A DNA stretch of 35,020 nt from Bacteroidales bacterium (GTDB lineage: Bacteria > Bacteroidota > Bacteroidia > Bacteroidales > B18-G4). Made by a program: the position numbers and the translations under genes. Below, one piece after another: positions 28,763 to 35,020 of this stretch (within the stretch, counting starts at the first letter, position 1; each line of letters starts with the position of its first letter). The notes beneath the pieces were generated by a model. That model saw only the letters and a program-made list of their open reading frames with translations, ran no database searches and was not told where the DNA came from. The DNA lies in assembly GCA_030618905.1 (NCBI GenBank), contig JAUXCL010000003.1, forward strand, positions 1 to 35,020, in the 5' to 3' direction.

Positions 28763-30055
28763 TCATGTCAGGATCATTTGTATCATCTTTTCATAGAAAG
28801 TCAATCCGAAAGGTGCGCCCGGGTTTTTGATTAATGCATCATTGCTCCACATACTGATAAGGGTTGCATTTACCTTCTTTACTTCATCGCGTATTTGTCT
28901 GAATTGCTCCATAGGAGAAATGTCGCTTTGGATATCGACATCCAGGATGGCAAAAGGATGAATGCGAAGCTTGGTCTCCACATCCAGGTCCAGGTCATAA
29001 AAGTTAAATGCATTGCTGATGCCTGCCCTGAACCCGGGATGGTTGACATAACCCATTGAATAATCATCACTGATATCAAGGTTAACCATGTTCCTGTATG
29101 TGACCGGCATATTCAATACCAGGAAGTGCTGCCTGATTTTAGAAATCTCCCTGTTCAATACTTTTGAGAGCCGGTTAAGTTCTATTTGCAATAAATCAGG
29201 ATCACGGATGGATGAGAATGAAGAATGCAGGCCTACTTTACAATAATCAGCCAGGGATTTGATCAGCACCTGGAAGCGCCGGCTGTTTACACTTATATTC
29301 TTGTCATTATGGCCATAGTCGGCAAAAAGGATAAAATAGATGGTTTTCAGGTCATATTTTTTTTGCAGCTCCAGTTGATCCTTATAAGTATCAATCGGAT
29401 CGGGATGTGTGCCCATGATGACTTTTGTCCGTTGCAGCATTCCGCCAAAATCAAGGTCACCCACTGATTTAAGATAACCACCAATAGTCCGTACCAGGCC
29501 TTTGGACCTCATTGCATAAGCTGCATTGATATCTATGGATGGGATGAATTGAAATCGTTGTTCAGGCATTTTCATGCCTGGAAATTGCTTAAGCAACAAT
29601 GATTTGATCTGTTGCGCCCAGATATTGACGATGGGTTTGTGCAGGAAGCCATTTTTAAACGCCAGGCTGTCCTTTGCCTGAAATCTTCCATGTTCATCTT
29701 TGACATAGGGGAGATATTCTTCATAGCGGGTAATCAGGTAAAACGCGGCAGCAAAAGGGTCAAAAGGCATCGCCGAAACATGGTCATAAACCGGGAAGAA
29801 AGCCGGGTTGCCTTCATCATCAATAACAACTATTTCCTGCCCGCCAATGCCCCGCTCATGCAACAAGTTTTCGCTATGAAAGAATATACCCTTTTCAAGC
29901 GTTGTGGTGGAATAATTTATGGCAGGTCCTTCATAAGCCAAATATTCTTCAGTGTTTTCCGTGAAGGCATATTCCACATCCAGGATATCACTAAAAAACA
30001 CTTTAAAAATATACTTAATCCGGTTGCAAAGTTTAGGAGTGTATATCAGCAGCAT
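28763..30055 (-). CDS. Polysaccharide deacetylase-like protein (DUF7033-type), copy 2 with degenerate motifs
   Basis: Co-linear with 23090-24385 (FYLITRYEEY, DEHGRF, RQHFL, YSMGY, GFRAG, RIHPF) but has SIDIN, GLHSSF and MWSN at the motif positions. Confidence 0.75.
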   Translation of the reverse strand: MLLIYTPKLCNRIKYIFKVFFSDILDVEYAFTENTEEYLAYEGPAINYSTTTLEKGIFFHSENLLHERGIGGQEIVVIDDEGNPAFFPVYDHVSAMPFDPFAAAFYLITRYEEYLPYVKDEHGRFQAKDSLAFKNGFLHKPIVNIWAQQIKSLLLKQFPGMKMPEQRFQFIPSIDINAAYAMRSKGLVRTIGGYLKSVGDLDFGGMLQRTKVIMGTHPDPIDTYKDQLELQKKYDLKTIYFILFADYGHNDKNISVNSRRFQVLIKSLADYCKVGLHSSFSSIRDPDLLQIELNRLSKVLNREISKIRQHFLVLNMPVTYRNMVNLDISDDYSMGYVNHPGFRAGISNAFNFYDLDLDVETKLRIHPFAILDVDIQSDISPMEQFRQIRDEVKKVNATLISMWSNDALIKNPGAPFGLTFYEKMIQMILT

Positions 30056-30062
30056 AACACAA

Positions 30063-30070
30063 CAAATATA
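30063..30070 (-). promoter_or_regulatory. -7 promoter box heading the 8-gene minus-strand cluster
   Basis: Minus strand TATATTTG followed by 7 nt and then the ATG at 30055. Confidence 0.6.
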
Positions 30071-30128
30071 CGATAAAAAATCAGGGTGATAATTTAGCAG
30101 AATGCCATGTCACATTTTAAAAGTTTAG

Positions 30129-30136
30129 TACTTTTG
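30129..30136 (+). promoter_or_regulatory. -7 promoter box for dnaX
   Basis: TACTTTTG ending 35 nt before the dnaX ATG. Confidence 0.6.
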
Positions 30137-30170
30137 ATGTGCATATCTACTAATTACTGAACCCAATTCC

Positions 30171-31895
30171 ATGGAAAATTTTATTGTTTCGGCAAGGAAA
30201 TACAGGCCAATGACTTTCAATACGGTAATTGGTCAGCCTTCTATCACAGCAACCCTTAAAAATGCCATTAAAAACCAGCAGATCGCACAGGCCTTTCTTT
30301 TTTGCGGTCCCAGGGGGGTTGGCAAAACGACCTGTGCAAGGATCCTGGCCAAAACGATCAACTGTACGAATGTTACTGCGGATACTGAGCCTTGCAATGA
30401 ATGTGAATCTTGTTTGTCGTTTAACAGTTCCGCTTCATTCAATGTCCATGAGCTGGATGCTGCATCCAATAATTCGGTGGATGATATCAGGACCCTGGTA
30501 GATCAGGTCAGGATACCACCGCAGGCCGGTCAGTACAAAGTATATATCATTGATGAGGTCCATATGCTTAGCGCCCAGGCATTCAATGCTTTCCTGAAGA
30601 CACTGGAAGAACCTCCGGCTTATGTCAAGTTTATCCTGGCTACAACAGAAAAGCACAAGATCATACCCACCATACTTTCCCGATGCCAGGTTTTTGATTT
30701 CAAAAGGATAAACGTAGAAGACATTGCCAATCATTTAAAATTTGTTGCAAGCAACGAAGGTGTCGATGCAAGCGAGGATGCTTTGCATATAATTGCTCAA
30801 AAAGCGGATGGTGCCCTTCGGGATGCTTTATCCATTTTTGATCAGCTTGTCAGTTTTTCCGGTGACACACTAAGCTATGAAACTGTCATTCAAAACCTGA
30901 ATATCCTTGATTATGATTATTTTTTCAGGATCACGGATTCCATCCTTCAAGGTCAGATACCAGAGACCCTGGTTACAATCAACGAAATCATTGACAATGG
31001 TTTTGAAGGTCAGCATTTCATTATTGGGATGGGTGAGCACCTGCGCAACCTGCTCGTGTGCCGCGACAAATCCACTGTTAAACTGTTGGAGGTCAGTCCC
31101 GGTCTCAAAGACAAATACCTCGGGCAATCATCTCGTTGTGCAGATCATTTTCTATTTAAAGCGCTGGAAATCAATAACCAATGTGATATTGACTACAAAA
31201 GCAGCAACAATAAAAATCTGCATTTAGAGATTGCGCTATTGCAGATGTGTGCTTTATCAGGTATTAAAGTTCATCCTGAAAAAAAAACGCCTGATCTCCC
31301 CACTCCGGCAGTAAAGATTAAACCGGGTATTGTTCCCACAGGAAAGCAAGCCAATGTAGTTGAGGAGCCCCCGCCAGCACCGGTTCCCAGTGCTGCGACG
31401 AAAGTACCTAAAGCTGGAAAAAAAGTACCCGGCACTTATTCTATCAAACAGGCCGTAAACGGAAAAGAGGATTCAACTGAAAAAGAAGAAATCCCCGAAC
31501 AGTTAAATGGCATGCAAGAGCGTCCTGAGGAATCATTTGAACAGCAAGACCTGGAAAAAGCCTGGCTCCTGTTTACAGAGTCGGTACATAAAGACTCGCC
31601 TAACTTATACAGTACCTTAACCAGGAGAAAGCCTCAGCTCAAAGAAGAATACCTGGTTGTACTGGAAATTGACAACAAAGTTCAGGAAAGAGAAATCCGC
31701 GAAAGAAGAGCAGATATTCATGATTTCCTGCGAGAAGAGTTAAAAAATTTCAAGTTAAGATTAGAAACCAGCATCCTTGAAAACAAAGAAGAATCCAAGG
31801 CCTATTTCCCTGAAGAGATATACCAGAAAATGGCTGAAAAGAATCCCAACCTTAAGAAATTGAAGGATCAGCTGGATATGGAAATCGATCAATAA
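30171..31895 (+). CDS. dnaX: DNA polymerase III subunit gamma/tau
   Basis: ARKYRP, GPRGVGKTT, Zn module C..PCNECESC, ELDAAS, IIDEVHML, NAFLKTLEEPP, TILSRC, GALRDALS; Pro/Ala-rich linker and C-terminal tau domain. Confidence 0.97.
   Translation: MENFIVSARKYRPMTFNTVIGQPSITATLKNAIKNQQIAQAFLFCGPRGVGKTTCARILAKTINCTNVTADTEPCNECESCLSFNSSASFNVHELDAASNNSVDDIRTLVDQVRIPPQAGQYKVYIIDEVHMLSAQAFNAFLKTLEEPPAYVKFILATTEKHKIIPTILSRCQVFDFKRINVEDIANHLKFVASNEGVDASEDALHIIAQKADGALRDALSIFDQLVSFSGDTLSYETVIQNLNILDYDYFFRITDSILQGQIPETLVTINEIIDNGFEGQHFIIGMGEHLRNLLVCRDKSTVKLLEVSPGLKDKYLGQSSRCADHFLFKALEINNQCDIDYKSSNNKNLHLEIALLQMCALSGIKVHPEKKTPDLPTPAVKIKPGIVPTGKQANVVEEPPPAPVPSAATKVPKAGKKVPGTYSIKQAVNGKEDSTEKEEIPEQLNGMQERPEESFEQQDLEKAWLLFTESVHKDSPNLYSTLTRRKPQLKEEYLVVLEIDNKVQEREIRERRADIHDFLREELKNFKLRLETSILENKEESKAYFPEEIYQKMAEKNPNLKKLKDQLDMEIDQ
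31279..31287 (+). other. A9 slippage/frameshift site in dnaX
   Basis: GAA AAA AAA ACG at codons 370-373; stops follow in both shifted frames (TGA 31292-31294, TAA 31312-31314). Confidence 0.7.
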
Positions 31896-31901
31896 ATCTC
31901 T

Positions 31902-31960
31902 CGTGATGCGTGACGCGTGACGAGTAACCAGAGATTTTCGATTTTCGATTTTCGCTCTTC
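31902..31960. repeat. Two abutting heptamer tandem arrays in the dnaX/M16 convergent gap
   Basis: CGTGATG-CGTGACG-CGTGACG (31902-31922), then GATTTTC x3 + GCTCTTC (31933-31960); AAATCTCT...AGAGATTT inverted repeat brackets the first array. Confidence 0.8.
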
Positions 31961-31964
31961 GTTT

Positions 31965-34829
31965 TTACCTCTCCTGCTGTTCCATTACCGGGTTTGCTGT
32001 ATTGTCCTCAATATTCTCTGGTAATAGAATAACTTCAACAATGTTTTCACCAAAGAAATTATTGGCGGCTTTCTTCAGGTTTTCTATGGTCATGCTGTTA
32101 ACGGCATCTTCATAGCCCTCTAATTCACCGGGATCCCGTTGATCATAATCCATGCTCCTGATGGTGCTCATCCAGAAATTGTTTTCTTTCAATTGCTCTG
32201 CCCTGGTTTTCAGTTTATTCTCCTTTACGTTGTTCAGGTCTTTCAACAGGGGTCCTTCAGCTTTGATCTTTTCAATCTCTTCGTAAGCGATTCCTTTCAA
32301 CTTGTCTATATTACCGGGATCACAATCAAACTGTATCTGTACCCTGTACTTTTCAAGCGGGTAGTGGGCTTGCATGGGCCGAACAGAAACACCATAAGTT
32401 CCTCCCTGTTCTTCACGAATAGACTCAGTATAGCGAAGATCCAGGATAGCACATAAGGCAGTCAGGTTCATCCTCTCCTGGAAATTATCATAATCATACT
32501 CACCAGTATAAGTTATAGAAACGCTACCCTTTGGCACCTCCATCTCCCGGCTGAGAACCTTATCGATCTCACCTGCGGGAGGACGTATACCATTATCTCT
32601 CCAGGTTTCATTCCTTTTTACCTTTGGCAGCCCACCCAGATAGGTTGCTAACAAAGGTTCAATGGTTTCAAGATCCAGGTTTCCCACGAAGTAGAAATTA
32701 AAACCACCGGGATCTCCAAAGCGTTCTTTAAAGATGAAATTCAGCCTGTTAAAATCAGCTTCGTCCAGAACCTCCACTGTCAATGGCCTGACCCGGGGAT
32801 GGTAATCCGCCAGAGTCACACGGATGGTATCCTGGAATGCGACAGCCGGGTTATTGGCACGGTTTTCAAGGAAGCCTCTGATCCTGGTCATGTATGCATT
32901 GTATGCTTTCTCGTTTTCCGGGGGAGCTGTATAATACAGGTATATCATTTGGAGTAATGTTTCAAAATCCTTAACCGAAGAACTGCCTCTGAAACCTTCG
33001 TCAACACCTCCCACATACGGATAGATAGATAAGATCTTACCGGCAAGCATTTTATCAAGCTCTATCTTGTCGAAATTGGCAATTCCGCTTTCACCAATTA
33101 CGGAGGATGAAAAATCAGCTGATGTCAGGTCATCAAGCTCATAGAGTGAAGAACCACCAAAGCTGTATGCACGCATCAATATCTCATCTTCTTTGAAATC
33201 CGTCGGTTTCAAAACGACCCTTACCCCATTGCTGAACATCCATTCTTCTGTTCCCAGGATTTCATTCTTCTCTTTACTTACAATTTCACCGGGGCCTGGA
33301 ATATCAGCCAGCAATGGCTGGTCGCTTACCTTGTCAATATATGGTTCTATCTCTTTATCGCCGATAGATTCAACCATAATGATGAGCTCTTCGGCCGGAG
33401 GTATAATGACATCCTCATTTTCCGGGGCAGTAATGACAAGCACCCTGTTATTATCCCGGAGCCATTTAGGTGCAAGGTCATTGATCTCATCCAAAGAAAT
33501 CATTGGCACTATACCCTGCATGAACGCAAAGTCAAATTCAATCCCCGGCACAGGTTCTGCATCAAGAAAATGGCTATAATACTGCCAGACATAAGCATCT
33601 GATTTTTGTTTATCGCGTTCATTATATTGCTTTTCGACCTGGCTCAACAATTCTTTCTTAGCCCGTTCCAGCTCAGTGTCGGTGAAACCATAGCGCTTTA
33701 CGCGTTCATTTTCAGTTAACAGGGCATCGATCGTCCTGCTGACACCATCGTTTTTAGCAACGGCAAAGGAAAAATATGAATCTTTCGTTCTTACCAGGTT
33801 TGAATAACCGGTATAGCCATAAATAAATGGCGGGTTTTCTTCCTGCAACAGTTCCTGCAGGCGTTTGTTGAGCATGCTATTGTATAATTGGTGCACAAGC
33901 GATTCACGGTAATACCCCATATTTTTCGTGGATACCGGATCATGCTTGTAGTGGATCTGGATCAGCAGGTACTGTGCTTCCGGATCTGTTTCAATGGCCA
34001 CCCGTGTTTCCTGGTGATCAGGGATTGTAAAATCTTCACGTTCACGAGGATTCTCCCTGGCCGGAACCTGTCCGAAAATTTCTGTAATTTTCTTTTCGAT
34101 CAGGTCAATATCGAAATCGCCCACAGCAATGATTGCCTGAAGATCCGGGCGGTACCAATCATAATAATAACGTTTGAAGGCTTCATACGGAGCATTATCA
34201 ATAATGTCGATATCACCGATCACGTCATGTGTAGCATACTTGGAATCCTGAAATAATATCTTATTGGTTTTTGTCTGCATTCTGAACATCGCTCCCCTGC
34301 GTGTCCGCCATTCTTCATGCACCACACCCCGTTCTTTATCGATCTCTTCATCCAGGTATGATACATTATTTGCCCAATCATATAATATCATCAGTGATGT
34401 ATCAATATTCTCAGGTACATCGGTAGGTACTTTTTGAAGCATGTAATTGGTCACATCATGACTGGTAAATGCATTAATCTCAGGCCCGAACTTCATTCCG
34501 ATAGATTGCAGGTAATTGATGATATCATGCTTTTCAAAATGTTCGGTGCCATTGAAAGCCATATGTTCGCAGAAGTGAGCCAGGCCATTCTGGTCTTCAT
34601 CCTCCAATACAGAACCGGCGTTGACCACCAGGTAAAATTCAGCCCGGTTTTCGGGCAGCGCATTGTAACGGATATAATAAGTTAATCCATTGTCCAGCTG
34701 TCCAAGTCTGACATCAGGGTCAAGGGGGACATCTGCCGACAAATCAACAGGCTCCTCCTGGGCGCTAAGGGCAAATGCCATGAACAGGCACAATACGAAG
34801 GTCGAAAGAGATAATGCAAGATTTTTCAT
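31965..34829 (-). CDS. M16 family zinc metallopeptidase (PqqL-like), exported
   Basis: Signal peptide; G.LDNGLTYYIR, GS..E...QNGLAHFCEHMAFNGT (inverted HxxEH), NAFTS, ERGVVHEEWR, WYRPD, NGVRV, IREEQGGTYGV. Confidence 0.93.
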   Translation of the reverse strand: MKNLALSLSTFVLCLFMAFALSAQEEPVDLSADVPLDPDVRLGQLDNGLTYYIRYNALPENRAEFYLVVNAGSVLEDEDQNGLAHFCEHMAFNGTEHFEKHDIINYLQSIGMKFGPEINAFTSHDVTNYMLQKVPTDVPENIDTSLMILYDWANNVSYLDEEIDKERGVVHEEWRTRRGAMFRMQTKTNKILFQDSKYATHDVIGDIDIIDNAPYEAFKRYYYDWYRPDLQAIIAVGDFDIDLIEKKITEIFGQVPARENPREREDFTIPDHQETRVAIETDPEAQYLLIQIHYKHDPVSTKNMGYYRESLVHQLYNSMLNKRLQELLQEENPPFIYGYTGYSNLVRTKDSYFSFAVAKNDGVSRTIDALLTENERVKRYGFTDTELERAKKELLSQVEKQYNERDKQKSDAYVWQYYSHFLDAEPVPGIEFDFAFMQGIVPMISLDEINDLAPKWLRDNNRVLVITAPENEDVIIPPAEELIIMVESIGDKEIEPYIDKVSDQPLLADIPGPGEIVSKEKNEILGTEEWMFSNGVRVVLKPTDFKEDEILMRAYSFGGSSLYELDDLTSADFSSSVIGESGIANFDKIELDKMLAGKILSIYPYVGGVDEGFRGSSSVKDFETLLQMIYLYYTAPPENEKAYNAYMTRIRGFLENRANNPAVAFQDTIRVTLADYHPRVRPLTVEVLDEADFNRLNFIFKERFGDPGGFNFYFVGNLDLETIEPLLATYLGGLPKVKRNETWRDNGIRPPAGEIDKVLSREMEVPKGSVSITYTGEYDYDNFQERMNLTALCAILDLRYTESIREEQGGTYGVSVRPMQAHYPLEKYRVQIQFDCDPGNIDKLKGIAYEEIEKIKAEGPLLKDLNNVKENKLKTRAEQLKENNFWMSTIRSMDYDQRDPGELEGYEDAVNSMTIENLKKAANNFFGENIVEVILLPENIEDNTANPVMEQQER

Positions 34830-34854
34830 AATTATTTTGATTTTAATGATTATT

Positions 34855-34862
34855 CAAATATA
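34855..34862 (-). promoter_or_regulatory. -7 promoter box for the M16 peptidase
   Basis: Minus strand TATATTTG ending 26 nt before the ATG at 34829. Confidence 0.55.
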
Positions 34863-34868
34863 GTACAA

Positions 34869-34917
34869 AGTATTGAGTATTGAGTACTGAGTATTGAGTA
34901 CTGAGTATTGAGTATTG
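34869..34917. repeat. Heptamer tandem repeat (AGTAYTG)7
   Basis: AGTATTG, AGTATTG, AGTACTG, AGTATTG, AGTACTG, AGTATTG, AGTATTG read directly from the sequence. Confidence 0.92.
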
Positions 34918-34926
34918 AGATTTTTT

Positions 34927-35005
34927 CCGTTCACTGTTCACTGTTCACCGTTCACCGGCTTCGTCATCCGTAGCGCAGCGTAGGATGATCACCGTTCACC
35001 GTTCA
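34927..35005. repeat. Heptamer tandem repeat (CYGTTCA)n interrupted by a small hairpin element
   Basis: Four units at 34927-34954, an insert containing TCATCC...GGATGA (34964-34988), then two more units at 34992-35005. Confidence 0.85.
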
Positions 35006-35020
35006 CTCCCGATAATTATC

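Noticed and set aside
22161-30055. Mobile island boundaries around the aminoacylation cluster
   Set aside because: No integrase, transposase, tRNA or direct repeats were seen; compositional tests could not be run.
573-34685. Numerous short ORFs (60-170 aa) in the six-frame track that overlap long genes
   Set aside because: They are antisense or off-frame shadows of well-supported CDSs and show no recognisable motifs.
34869-35005. Possible CRISPR array at the right edge
   Set aside because: Units are 7-nt tandem repeats without unique spacers, and there are no cas genes in the window.

Overview
35 kb of bacterial chromosome, almost certainly from the phylum Bacteroidota. The basis is TAnnTTTG-type -7 promoter boxes before many genes, AT-rich leaders lacking Shine-Dalgarno motifs, and the DUF4271-hemD-rnpA-S41 and DUF5103/nqrA arrangements. 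Left to right: an acetate module (acs, an OFA-family MFS transporter, an ADP-forming acyl-CoA synthetase/GNAT fusion), adk, a housekeeping run (DUF4271, hemD-like, rnpA, S41 protease, ChaN-like, TrmH-family), a small Cys-rich membrane protein resembling NqrM, a complete nqrABCDEF-apbE operon, a DUF5103 (T9SS plug-like) gene, a MacB/FtsX-like permease, an 8-gene minus-strand cluster, dnaX, and an M16 peptidase flanked by heptamer tandem repeats. The best candidate for an undescribed system is the cluster at 22161-30055. It holds a DltA-like stand-alone adenylation enzyme, a DltC-like carrier protein, three different N-acyltransferase folds (small GNAT, AAC(3)-like, FemAB/BioF2-like), two paralogous polysaccharide-deacetylase-like genes (one with degenerate catalytic motifs) and an (alpha/alpha)6-barrel protein, but no DltB/DltD. 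Other notable signals: an A9 tract in dnaX where either frameshift gives a gamma-sized product, and the NqrM-like ORF converging on apbE. All family assignments come from motif recognition by eye, not database searches. No rRNA, tRNA, CRISPR array or transposase was seen.
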